DNA from: Malacoraja senta
Lineage: Eukaryota
DNA: 64,000 nucleotides
Direction: 5' to 3'
NCBI GenBank assembly: GCA_038087875.1
Contig: CM075987.1
Location: 23,128,001-23,192,000 of the forward strand
Shown here: positions 12,849 through 24,940 of the stretch, one piece after another
How positions within the stretch are numbered: position 1 is the stretch's first letter
Layout of the letters: each line of letters starts with the position of its first letter
Translations under genes and position numbers: made by a program
Notes under the pieces: model-generated
What the model was told of the DNA's origin: nothing
Databases searched by the model: none
What the model saw: only the letters and a program-made list of their open reading frames with translations

Positions 12849-14354
12849 TTATGGGTTCCATTTGATATATAGCTGTGAGGTGCAGCATATTTTGTGTGGG
12901 GTTCCACTCGTAAAAACAAGTCATGAAGCTGTGTGAGAAGGGGGGGGGGGGGGGGAGGGGGGAGGGAGATAAAACTGGAAGAGGGGATGGGCAGGGCAAA
13001 TCCTGGCAAGGAATAGGTGGATACAGGTCAGGAGAGTTTTTGATAAGCAGATGAAAGACAAGGTGTGAGACCAAAGGATTGTTGTGAATTGTGAAGCTAG
13101 AAGAAGGAATGTCGATGGAAGGGAGAAATTGGTGTGAGGCCAGGTGGTGGGGCTTGAGGAAAAGATGGGAGGAATTTTTTTGTTATTTATTTTGCTTACT
13201 TAATTATTGTAACTCGAATGGTTTTAATTGTTTCTTTTGTTTTTAAATGTCAGACAATACTTTTGTTTTAACAGTTTTTTTAACATTTAAAACATAATTT
13301 GAATGATTCACATGTTTGGGCTTTAGTGTGGTTAATAGGTTTGAGTATGTTCCAGTGCTTTTTTTAAATTGAATTTTATTGAAAGATACAGAATGGAAAT
13401 GGTCCCTTCCGCCCACCGACTCCACACTCAATCATATCTCAAGGCAGTGATATATTAACAATCTGGTTGAAGATACTTTGTATTTGCCACACATCCCTAT
13501 TACTCTATCCATTTTCAGAGTGACCTCGATCTGAGTTGCAAATGGTTCAGAGTGTAAAGATTTATCCTTTCCTATAACTGAACAGTGTGTGCCTCTGTCA
13601 ATCTGCATCCCTAATTATTTTCCATCAGTCAAGACCTGTGATCGTAAACCTTCACACAACATTTAATTGTAGCAGAGATGATGCACATACATTAGCTTCT
13701 GTCTCATCTACAATGGTTTAAATATCGTGCAGATTCCTTCTTCGTGAAGCTTTATGGTGCTGCCGTAGAAGCAGAGCTCGTATTTGTTGGCCTGTGTTTC
13801 AGTTTACAAGACACTGCAATGTTCCTTTATACTGGCAAGTGTAGAACTTGGATTCTTTAGAAGAACAATTCAATGGGGAACGGTTGAAACACGAATGAAT
13901 ACGTCGGAACACAGAGTAGGATTCCTCTCACTGTTTGTGAACAAACGCACTTGAAGTTGTCCTTTAGCTGGGGTGCACTGTGAAGGACAAAATTCCCTTG
14001 CATTTTTGGCTGCCATGTCTGTTGATGTCACAATCTGTGCTTAATTAGATTGTCTTGTGTTTTCAACAATACCCAAACCTGTCTCCCCAAGTTAAAGTGC
14101 GTTGGTAAAGCTTACAGCGCAACAGAGTGCTCATGCATTGTTGGTCTTACCTTCTGATTAGTTGTGCTGAATTTTTGTATTGCTCTATGATTCCATAAGT
14201 GGGACGAGACTAGATAGGGCAGCTTGGTCGGCAAGGGCAAGTTGGGTCGAAGAGCTTGTTTCTGTGCTGTATGACCCGATGACTCGTGCTGTCTGCCCTC
14301 TCCACTGGCTGTGGGTTGAAGTGCCTTCTCTGCAACTCATAACCTGCTTGTTAT

Positions 14355-14495
14355 TCTCTCTCCCCAGTTCTGACAAAAGGTCTTCAACCTGAAACGTTAT
14401 CTGTTTTTCTTTCCATTGATGCTCCCTGACCTGCTGAGTGTTTCCAGCAGTTTCTGCTTTTATTTCGGATTTCCAGCATCTGTAGTGTTTTGACT
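14355..14495 (+). mobile_element. Older Penelope-like terminal repeat
   Basis: cagttCTGACAAaAGGTcttcaACCTGAAACGTTatctg followed by gatgctccctgacctgctgag. Confidence 0.65.
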
Positions 14496-14769
14496 TCCAG
14501 AAAGAAAGCAGGGCGGGCTTCAGAAATAGAGGGAGAAGGGTTGCTGCGGTGGGGTTGGTGGTGCGATGTTTTAATAAGGTTGAGTACTCTGCATGACAGA
14601 GACGTAAACTGCATCTTCACGCTCCCTCATCCTTGTTCTTCCATTACCTCTTTCAAAAGGAGGCAGCATCGTAGAGAGGGCAACGCTGAATTGTTGTGGT
14701 GCACGTGACTATGCATGGGGCAATTGAGGTATCAGGAGGAAACCTGTAAAGTCGGCTGCCCATCAAAAG

Positions 14770-15180
14770 GTTTCATAGTTTTCAAAGGTCTTTTATTTTC
14801 ACATGTACCAATTAATGTACGGTGATATGCGAATTACCATACAGCCATATGAAAAAAAAGCAACAGGACACACAACTACATAAAAGTTAACATAAACATC
14901 CACCACAGCGGATTCCTCACATTCCTCACTGTGGTGGAAGGCAAAAAAGTCCAATCTTCTTCCTCTTTATTCCCCCGCGGTCGGGGCAGTCCAACCATCC
15001 GTCGGAGCGATCGAAGCTCCCACAGCCGGCGGTCGAAGCTCCCGCGTCAGGGCGATCGAAGCTCCCGTGTCAGGGCGGTCGAAACTCCCGCGGCTTGGAC
15101 TTCCCGAAGTCGGTCTTTGACCAGAGACTGCGGGCTCCGGGGCACCCACGGTTGGAGCTCCGGGGTCGACACGCACGCCA
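14770..15180 (-). mobile_element. Non-coding CpG-rich retroelement with Rex1-type 3' tail
   Basis: Shares aacataaacatccaccacagcgg...cactgtg.tggaaggcaa with 42755-43335 and 47215-47600. The minus strand ends in a stem-loop, AATAAA and a short repeat. Confidence 0.65.
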
Positions 15181-16428
15181 ATGAATTCAGATGTCTTGAG
15201 AGGTCAGTTGTGTTGTAAAGTCAGCTGTATCCAGATGTCTAATATTTAGCCACATTTCTCAACAATAATTAACCGTTGACCTTGCCCTTCGTACTGAGAT
15301 CAGCACTTGGCCGGACCAGTAGAACACGTGGAAAATACTAATGCATTTATTGATTTTAGACAGCAGAGTTGTGACAGAACATAACACAGAGTAGCTGGAT
15401 CAGTCTGTGAAGAGACCTGGGAAATCTGTGCCAGAGGCCTTGGTCCCATTACTGTGTCGTTGGACTTATACTGTTCCTGCACTGCCCTGTTCCTGAGCAC
15501 TTCTAGGGTGTCTGTTTTCCCACTCCACACGGAGCCGGTCTCCTGCTCCCTCCACGGTCTCATGCACTGTTCCATTCCCTCCAGGATGTGATGTGGTTCA
15601 TTGGGCTCTTATTCCTTGACCAGCTGGACACTGTGGAGCTAGCCCCAGAAGTAGCAATGGGTCAACGTGCTTCATTGTCACATATACCTCGGTACTGTGA
15701 AATATCTTTTTTTTTTTTTGCATACAATTTAGTAACAAATCTTACTATACATAAGCATAACCATACTTCAATAGAAAAGTGTAAGAATAGTTGATTACAC
15801 TGATGCAGTACACAGGAGCCATCATGTTTCCAACTCCACTTGTATGCTTCAAGTTTCAAAGCTCTTAAAATGATAGAGAGTTAACTTGTCCTTAGGGGCC
15901 TGTAGCCCTGGCGGCACTGGGTCGAAGATGTGGGGGGGTGGGGGGGGTCGGTGAATGTCTTTTGTCGCTGCTCAGCCACTCTGTGCGGCTACAGGTCACA
16001 TCCGATCCATGAGCTCGGCCTCTTGGAGTGGTGCCTGATATAATTGATCCCCAGGCTGCTGCAGGGCCTCTAGTGCCCCACTCCACCGACACATCGACCT
16101 GGACACGTCGACCCACATCTTGGTTAGATTTAAACATTTCTCCACTGGCTATAAAATGAGTACATATAGTTGTTGCACATCCCCCTTTTTTAAAATCCAG
16201 TCTTTAAGTTCTGTGAAGATGAATGTAAAATATTTATCAAAACTCAGCAGGTCAAGCAGCATCTGCGAAAGGAAATTGGTCAGGATCTTTCTTCAGACAT
16301 AATCTTTGTTTTGTTTCTCTGCTATTTCCTGATTCCCCATGATGCTTTCTCCTGCCACAACCTCTAAGGTACCGACTTAACTTTGTTGATCTGTTCCTTT
16401 TAACATATCTGTTGAGAATGGATCTTTC

Positions 16429-16740
16429 TGCAGTCTTCAGGCTCCTGTACCTTCTACCTGAAGGTAGAAGGTACAGGAGCCTGAAGACTGCAACGACCAG
16501 GTTCAGGAACAGCTACTTCCCCACAGCCATCAGGCTATTAAACCTGGCTCGGACATAACACTGAACTTTACTAGCCAATACTGTTATTTGCACTTTATCA
16601 GTATATTGACCATTGTGTATATATTTATAGAATGCCTTGTAGTCAATGCCTACTATGTTCTGTTGTGCTGAAGCAAAGCAAGAATTTCATTGTCCTACCA
16701 GGGACACATGACAATAAACTCACTTGACTTGACTTGACTT
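16429..16740 (+). mobile_element. Rex1/Babar LINE 3' end with a perfect 31-bp fold-back at the 5' truncation point
   Basis: Encodes GRRYRSLKTATTRFRNSYFPTAIRLLN. Tail gacaataaa-(cttga)n. Arms at 16429-16459 and 16462-16492. Confidence 0.85.
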
Positions 16741-17177
16741 TCTCACTCAATTACTTCAAGAAAAATGCAGGCAGCAGCACCAACCCCAGTATCTGGCCTT
16801 TCTTCAAATTCACTGATCCCAGCATTTGGGAGGGACTGTTAAACAATCTCCCCAAATGTTCAATGGTTCAATGGCGCTTTATTGTCATGTGCACTGAACA
16901 GTTCGGTATTCTGAAAAACGCGAGGAATCATGGGATTTGTCAAAGGTCATTCGTGATTTTTTTTTAAAGTGAAAGAAGCGCTGGCTGTGTAAACTCTGTA
17001 TCAATTGTTAAGTATTCTACCAATGAATTAATCTAGAATTCTGTCAACTCAATAGTGGACAGGCGTCGCTCTTTTATGAACATTTATGAATTTATGAATT
17101 CGATCTTATTTCTATCTCGGTTCACAAACCCACCCTCTGGAATTCCGCAGAACCTCTCCCAGCAGCGTTGGAGGACA

Positions 17178-17314
17178 TTCTCTCTCTCCCCCTCCCCCTC
17201 CCCCTCCCCCTCCCCCTCCCCCTCCCCCTCCCCCTCCCCCTCCCCCTCCCCCTCCCCCTCCCCCTCCCCCTCCCTCTCTCCCTCCCTCCCTCCCTCCCTC
17301 TCTCTCCCTCTCCC
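17178..17314 (+). repeat. (CCCCCT)n / CT polypyrimidine microsatellite
   Basis: Directly visible. Confidence 0.95.
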
Positions 17315-17864
17315 CGAGGGGGTTAGCTGACAGCGACTGGAAAAGGCGGGAGGTGCAACTGACGGTCCCCAGCCCGTCGGGGAACGGGTTCCTCAGGAGT
17401 TGGAGCAGAGTTGAGCTGGAGTTAGCGCTTCTTCTCCGCGCTGGCTGTAAGCCTGGGGCCACCACTGCTCCGGGCCGGTGTCCTGTGACCTCGGACATCT
17501 CTGGCTGCCCCCAGACAGGGATGGGGCACTCGGGAGGAGACGGTAGTGAAACTCCGCTCACAAATCTGCCTCCTGGGGTTATGCAGGAGAGAGGTGCATG
17601 GTTCGCCCCTGTATAATAACCCGGGAGGGCAGCCCGAGTGAGAATGTGGCGTGCGCTTTAGGCAGCAAGACTACCAAAGCGATTGTGGTCACACTTTATT
17701 CCACTCGAACTTCATTCCACCTGAAAAATCATCGTTTGTCTACTGCAGTTGGAGCCCAGCTCCTTGATATCATCCTGCAAGTCTTACGCTGGTGTCGTTG
17801 TAGGGTGCACCTCTGTTCGCGATCGTTCAGACAGTAGTTTTCAATGAGACCTAATACAATCTGT

Positions 17865-18215
17865 GAAGTCATACAGTCACAGACTTATACAGTACGGCAA
17901 CGGGAGAGTCGGCGCACCAGTCTTTGCCGACCAAGGTAGCCTTCTGCGCCAGTCCCTTGTTCCTGGATTTGGCATACAACCCACTAGATTCTTCCTATGA
18001 GTGCATCTGTCCAAATCTCGTTCTAACGTCGTAAATTTATCAGTCCCTATCTATTCCACTAGCAACCCATTCCAAATACGTTCTACGCTCCCAGTGACAT
18101 TATTATCCTTGAACCCCTTCCTAAATCTCACCCCTCACTTAAAGTCAATATTCTCCAGTTGTAAGATCCTCCACTCTGGGATAAGAACAGAGTGCGTTCA
18201 CTTTATCCAGGAGCC
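17865..18215 (-). mobile_element. Degraded CR1 3' fragment
   Basis: Antisense CR1 3' UTR and ORF-end pattern (gcatctgtccaaatctcgttctaacg, ctagcaacccattccaaatac). Confidence 0.5.
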
Positions 18216-18979
18216 CCGTAATATTTTTACAGAGGTGCCGGAGAGGCGCTCCTGTGAGCTTTGGCAGCGCTGCACCCCTGGATATAAGACATTTAACTGT
18301 GGATTTGTGCAGCCTGCAGTACGCTGTGGCCTGCTGCTGGCATATTTAACGGATAAACTTATTTATTAAACTCATTGAAATGAATACGCAGGTCTGTACA
18401 CACGCAGCAGCTCAGCTGGCGAGAATGTTTTTCTCGAGTGACCTATGACCTGGGCACGCGCAGTTGAAATACCGAACTTGCTTATACCCTGGTCCCTCCC
18501 TTATCGGCCCTATCCTCTCGTCTGTCACTGCCTGCGGCTCCCTCCTCCTTGGCTCTCTGGTCTTCTGGACCGAGCATCACCCCTGCAGGCCAAGTCCTGC
18601 TGGGTCTTTCTCCACGGCGGTGAGCCAGGCCTGCTGCTGTTCTCAGCGGCTTCCCCCTACAGACTGCGGCCCGCCGGTTCTTCTTTCGTCCAGCCACCAG
18701 TTCCCCTGGGTGGGTTCTAGCACCGCGGGGCATCCCGGGAGCCTTCTGCTGCTGCGCGGTATCCTGTGCCATTGCCGTCCAGAGAAATGTGTCCCCATTT
18801 TATGTTTACTCCCTGTTAGCATTCAAACCATGATACAATCCAACAGTTTTATAACAAAGCCCTCAGTGGAGGCCAGTGTCAAACAAGGCTGTCCATTATT
18901 GCCCCAACATTCAAAAATGCTAGCAAGTCATCTTTTTATTTACAATTATTTTTAATCCCAATTATGGGATTCTGTTTAA

Positions 18980-19160
18980 TAGCAAAGCACAAAGTGCTGG
19001 AGGAACTCAGCATGTCAGGCAGCATCTGTGGAGGGAATGGACTGATGACGTGTTGCATTGGCTGAATCCATGCTTCAGTTCAGAAGGGTCTCGACCCGAA
19101 ATGTCACCCATTCCTTCTCTCCAGAGATGCTGAGTTCCTCCAGCATTTTGTGCCATTCTT
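18980..19160. mobile_element. Fold-back Penelope-like terminal element
   Basis: The left arm gcacaaagtgctggaggaactcagc is an inverted copy of gctgagttcctccagcattttgtgc. Core remnant gaagggtctcgacccgaaatgtc. Confidence 0.7.
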
Positions 19161-19559
19161 TTCAATAGGATTCTTTGAATCACTGGAAACAAATGCATTA
19201 TTCATAGCAGTGTACGGTCATAATTTAGCTGGGTAAAAGGGAGAAATTACAACATGGAAACAAGCTGGTCAGTCGGTACAAGCATTTAGCACGGCACCAG
19301 TGAATCATACCAATGAATTATTCTCATGACTGAACACAGCTCTTACCCTCCACAAACCAGTCCAAAGTAAGAATGTTATTCCGTAATGTGATTTCATGAA
19401 TATTTAATCAGAACTCATAACTAAGCACCAGAAGAGACATCAGTGGGCATTCCAGTCCAGATGAGGACTGTATTAAATCCACAATGGAATATCCTACTCT
19501 CTCAGATCACACACGGGTAATGGCTGTTCAAGGCAGGCAGCAAAGGACAGTTTACTGAC

Positions 19560-19830
19560 CGAGACTAACAGAGACTGGGCCTCGGACTGGTGCGCAGGCT
19601 GCTCATGCCTGCAGAGACTGGGCTTCAGGCTGCCTTGTTTACAGAGACTGGGCCCCAGTCTGCCATGTGTACCAGGATCGGACCCCAGGCTGCCCTGTAC
19701 ACAGAGACTGGGCGCCAGGCTGCCCTGTGTACAGAGACTGGGCCTCAGTCTGTCATGTGTACTGAGACTGGGCCTCAGTCTGTCATGTGTACCAAGATTG
19801 GGCCCCAGTCTGCCCTGTGTACAGAGACAT
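19560..19830 (+). repeat. 30-bp minisatellite (acagagactgggccccagtctgccctgtgt), about 8 copies
   Basis: 30-nt period. It explains the TETGPQSALC repeat ORF. Confidence 0.9.
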
Positions 19831-20489
19831 TGAGAATTCCTCTTCAGTTACAACCACATTTTGATCAGCACTATTCATGCCTGCAATATCCTAACCTGAT
19901 TGCTTCTGAGTTACTTCTAGAACTGTGGAGAGAGATGTCCGTCATGTTCTTGCAATATAATGGAACAAAGCAGAGATTATATTTTGTTTCCCTGACGCCT
20001 ATTCCGCAGTATTACTTTGGACACTGACGAATATCCTGTCTTCAGCTAGTGGCGTTTGCTGGATGCATACGAGTTGTCGGCAGCCATGGACTGATGCATT
20101 GTCGGCAGCCATGGAGCATCAGTAAAATCCCAACCAGGGCAACCTTTCCACTGCATCAGAAGGGGGTGGGGGTGAGCCTCATGTTAGAGACGGTGTGTCT
20201 GTCATCGAGGTAGATGCTTCCTGTGCCCCTGGATCATGTTTGACCTCTCGGGACGATGTGAGATGTTCCACAACTGGAGTGATTGAAGAGCAGGTCGATT
20301 AGTTGCCCCGGGCGATTTTATGTCACTCGGCTCTGCTCATAAATATAATTCTTGGTCGTAAGGGGTGCTTTGCACAAATAACTTGCAGTCAAATGCTCCT
20401 GGGTAGATCCTCTGTGAAAACAAATCTTGTCCCATCCATTAACAACAGACCATCAATTTTCAACTTGTACCTCCTGTTCCACCAACCCC

Positions 20490-20553
20490 TCCCCCACACC
20501 CACACCCACACCCACACCCACACCCACACCCACACCCACACCCACACCCACAC

Positions 20554-20608
<55 letters not shown>
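20490..20608 (+). repeat. (CACACC)n-(CA)n compound microsatellite
   Basis: Directly visible. Confidence 0.95.
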
Positions 20609-20611
<3 letters not shown>

Positions 20612-20844
20612 ATCCTCGGCACTCTGGGAGCAAGATCCAGAGTACCAGTATGGTGTACTTGAAGAAATATTTCATCACAACCCGCCCGAACTGCCTAATG
20701 TTAAAACTCTCGCATGCACAGCCAGAAGAAACTAATTGCCCAACAAACCTGTGATGACACCCTTTGATAGCTTTAAACACCTCAGTTGGAACACGGAAAG
20801 TTCTGTTAAGAAATCGCCATTCATGTTGTTTAAGTAAAATTCTA

Positions 20845-21035
20845 ATTTTAGTATCCACCTATCACTTGCCAGGCTTTGTCTTGTCACCGCTCTGTCCAGC
20901 TTTCTCCCCCCACCCCCCCCCCCCCCGACTACATTCGGTCTGAAGAAAGGTTCCAGCCCAAAATGTCACCTCTTCATGTCCCACAGATGCTGTCTGGCCT
21001 GACCTGTTACGCCAGCATTTTGTATGTTTCATTTT
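20845..21035 (+). mobile_element. Penelope-like 3' remnant
   Basis: gtatccacctatcacttgcc...ggtctgaagaaaggttccagcccaaaatgtcacc...cagatgctg. Confidence 0.65.
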
Positions 21036-21789
21036 GTTAACCAAATTGTAATTGTTAATTTTTTCAGTCTGACGTGTTGTATTCATGGGGAGGGGGTGGG
21101 CGGTGTGTGTGTGTGTGTGGGCGGGGGGGTTGGTGGAGGAGTCAATGGGCTAGAATCTGGCAAACGGGACAGATAATAATCTTCAATACCCCTGGGGCAA
21201 AATGAAGCAACTTTCCCCTGAGATTTGCCGTGCCATTCATTGGTTGCTTTAATTCACTTGTGGTGCTTCAAGCTTTCAAACCCAGGATCACACGCGCAAA
21301 TCATTTCCCCGACAACTGCCACAGATTTTAGTTAGTTCTTGAGGTGTGAGAGAGGAGCCAAGCCTTTCAGTTTAAATGCAAACACTAGACAGATTTAAAT
21401 GGAAAATGTACTTAATGGGAAGTAGAGTTTAATGGTGAAACATACTTAATGGGGCGTATTACTTGAATATAGGCACTGTAACTTAATCTTCCTGGGTCCC
21501 AATCATTCTTTTTCTCTTTTATAGCCTTTAAACTGGCAATGAACAGAAAAGTACACAGAGTGCTGGAGTAACTATGCTGGTCAGGCAGCATCTCTGGAGA
21601 ACATGGATAAGCAACGTTTTGCGTCAGGACCCTTCTTCCGACTCAGCGAACTTCTGAATGGACAGAAAGTTGGGCTGCCGGTGAAATCTGTGGCATCAAC
21701 GGTTGGCAGAGCAGGTGCGACCTAATTGCAATTATCTGCCACACAACAAGCTTCAACATTTCGCAAACACTGACCTGCTGCCTCTGGTC

Positions 21790-22130
21790 ACATGTGATGT
21801 CGTCATTTAGGGAACAAGTGGTGGTAGTGCTCTGGGGATGGTTGCAGAGCAGAGGCAAGTAGGAGCACAGCTACATAGTTCCCTGAAGGTGGCGTCACGG
21901 CTGGATAGATCGGTCGAGAAGCCTTTCGGTATCAGTCGGGGTATTGAGTATACCTGTAGATGTTGGGATGGTTATGTTACAGTTGTACAAACACTTTGGT
22001 GAGGCCACGTTTGGAGTATTGTGTTCAGTTTTGGTCGCCCTGCCATAGGAAGGGTGTTAAGCTGGAAAGAGTGCGGAGAAGATTTACGAAGATGTTGCCA
22101 GGGCTTGAAGGGGTTGAGCTACAGGGAGAA
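21790..22130 (+). mobile_element. CR1 ORF2 fragment
   Basis: Encodes [31 protein letters not shown]. Confidence 0.85.
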
Positions 22131-22199
22131 CTCTCAAACTCCGCACAGTCAGCACCGAAGCTCAGGATGCTGGCTGCCAGGCAGTGGCTCCACCAGCTG

Positions 22200-23360
22200 C
22201 AAACATAGCAAAATAGGTGCAGGAGTAGGCCATTCGGCCCTTCGAGCCAGCAACGACATTCAATATGATCATCTAAAATCAGTATCCCACTCCTGCTTTT
22301 TCCCCATATCCCTTGGTTCTTTTAGCCCTAAGAGCTAAATCTAACTCTCTCTTGAAAACATCCAGTGAATTGGCTTCCACTGCCTTCTGTGGCAGAGAAT
22401 GCCACAGATTCACAACTCTTTGGGTGAACATTTTTTTTCCTCATCTCAGCCCTAAATGGCCTACCCCTTATTCTTAAACTGTGACCCCTGGTTCTGGATT
22501 CCCCCAACATCGGGAAAATTTTTCCTGCATCTAGCCTGTCCAAGCCTTTAAGAATTGTATATGTTTCCATAAGATATCCTCTCATCCTTCTAAATTCCAG
22601 TGAATACAAGCCCAGTCGACCCATTCTTTCATCATATGTCAGTCCCGCCATCCCGGGATTAACGTGGTTAACCTACACTGCACTCCCTCAATAGCAAGAA
22701 TGTCCTTCATCAAATTAGGAGACCAAAATTGCACACAATACTCCTGGTGCGGTCTCACCAGGGCCCTGTACAACTGCAATAGGACCTCCTTGCTCCTAAA
22801 CTCAAATCCTCTCGCAATGAAGGCCAACATGCCATTAGCTTTCTTCACTGCCTGCTCTACCTGCATACTTACTTTCAATGACTGATGTACAAGCACACCC
22901 AAGTCTCATTGCACCTCCCCTTTTCATAATCTGACACAATTCAGATAATAATCTGCCTTCTTGTTCTTGCAACCAAAGTGGATAACCTCACATTCATCCA
23001 CATTACACTGCATCTGCCAACCATGTATCTGCCCACTCACCCAACCTATCCAAGTCACCCTGCAGCTTCATAGTATCCTCCTCGCAGCTCACACTGCCAC
23101 CCAACTTTGTGTCATCCGCAAACTTGGAGATGTACATTCAATTCCCTCATCTAAATCGTTAATATATATATATTGTAAATAAATGGGGTCCCAGCACTGA
23201 ACCTTGCGGCACCCCACTAGTCACTGCCTGCCATTCTGAAAAAGACCCGTTAATTCCTACTCTTTGCTTAATGCCTGCCAACCAGTTCTCTATCCATGTC
23301 AATACCCTACCCCCAATACCATGTGCTCTAATTTTGCACACTAATTTCTTGTGTGACACT
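22200..23360 (-). mobile_element. CR1 LINE: RT C-terminal half to 3' tail, frameshifted
   Basis: SGVPQGSVLGP, FADDTK (antisense tgtgtcatccgcaaac), [15 protein letters not shown] and GLYSLEFRRMRG. Confidence 0.95.
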
Positions 23361-23524
23361 CCGTACTGTCCAAAGGATGTAGAATCTGAGTGACTCCAGC
23401 ATTGTCTGCTTTTATCCTAGAAATACAGTGTTGGATCATTGTTAACCTCCATTCCAGCTCTCAATCCAGTTTTAGGATGGATTAAACCACCACAACATTG
23501 GTAGGGAAACAAGGCTAGAACCCT

Positions 23525-23797
23525 AGGTAGACAAAAGTGCTGGAGAAACTCAGCGGGTGCAGCAGCATCTATGGAGCAAAGGAAATAGGCAACGTTTCGG
23601 GCCGAAACCCTTGGGTTTCGGCCCGAAACTTTGCCTATTTCCTTAAGGGTTATTTCCTTAAGGGTTGCCTATTCCCTTAAGGGTTTCGGGCCGAAACGTT
23701 GCCTATTTCCTTCGCTCCATAGATGCTGCTGCACCCGCTGAGTTCCTCCAGCACTTTTGTCTACCTTCGATTTTCCAGCATCTGCAGTTCCTTCTTA
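23525..23797. mobile_element. Young fold-back Penelope-like terminal element with 14-bp TSD
   Basis: About 88-bp inverted arms (23525-23612 and 23679-23766). TSD aaggctagaaccct at 23511-23524 and 23798-23811. Confidence 0.88.
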
Positions 23798-24099
23798 AAG
23801 GCTAGAACCCTCTCGCCCAGTGCACACGTGAATGGTTCAGCTTTCTAATTTGAACAGTCTGGGTTGCAAACATCTGTCTGCTCATCCCCTTGACGATTAA
23901 TTGCTGCACAAATAAGGCAATAAAGGAAGAAAGATTTCCATTTCTAAAGCGGCATTCATTACCTCAGCTTGTCCCAAGGGGCTCCGGAGCCAATTATTTC
24001 AGTGTGGTCACTGCTGTAATAGAGGGTGTACAAGAGGGAGATAACACACAGCCAGCTTCCACAAATAATAGCTTGAGAGTAGGACTCAGGGGCTTGATG

Positions 24100-24370
24100 C
24101 TTCTGCTACCAGACAAGAATGCAGAGGCTTCAGCTAATGACGTGGACTCGTGAGTTCAAACCTCAGCGTGCCACTTTTAGAATTTAAATGCATTTATATG
24201 TTAAAATAAACTGGATGTGATAAAAAGTCTGGAATGGAAAGCTAACATTAGAAATGCCGGTGTGAAGCTACCAGCTTATTGCAATCATCCATCTCATTCA
24301 TTCATGTCCTTTACCGGTTTTACCCAGTCTGGCTTGATTCCACAGCCACTACAATGTGACTAATTCTTAC
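24100..24370 (+). mobile_element. Ancient tRNA-derived SINE remnant (chondrichthyan type)
   Basis: B-box-like gagttcaaacc, then tctggaatggaaagcta and atgtccttta...cagtctggc, as recalled for old shark SINEs. Confidence 0.4.
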
Positions 24371-24389
24371 CTAAACAAGCAATTCAACA

Positions 24390-24940
24390 TAACACAGGGC
24401 AGCTTGCAACCTAATGGTATGAACATTGAATTTAAACTAATGTCCCACCTACCCCCTTTTTCTTTCCCATACCCCCCCCCACCCACCACGACCCCGATGC
24501 ACCTCCATCTCTAATGCTATCTCCCACCCCTCCGGTTCCCTGCTCCTTTCTCCTCCTTCGTACACTTATCTCTCATCCCGGAGACCCCATTCCTCTTTTA
24601 TCCCTCTCTTTTCCCCACCCCAACCCATCCCCTTGCACCCACTTCCACCCCTCTGGCTTTACATGGCACTCTTCTCCTCCTTATCTGACACCCCTTGACT
24701 TCCACCACCCATCTGTCAATCAACTCTCCCCCCCCTCCCCACCTGTATCCACCTATCACTCGCCAGTCTATGTCTCACCTCACCCCTATCCTTTCCAGCT
24801 TTCTCCTCCCTTCTACAGTCAGTCTGAAGAACAGTTCCCACCTGAAATGCCTTCTATCCATTCTCTGCACAGATGGTGCCTGACCCACTGAGTTCCCCCA
24901 GCACTCTGTGTTTTGCTCTGTATTCCAGTTACGTGTGTCT
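24390..24940 (+). mobile_element. Penelope-like remnant: GIY-YIG end, pyrimidine-rich 3' UTR and degenerate hammerhead
   Basis: ggcagcttgcaacctaatggtatgaacattgaattt encodes GSLQPNGMNIEF. cagtctgaagaa...gaaatgcc lies at about 24820-24850. Confidence 0.75.

Noticed and set aside
18800..18910. SVKQGC motif as a host gene
   Set aside because: It resembles a heavily degraded RTE-clade RT motif (GVKQGC) and is too decayed to delimit.
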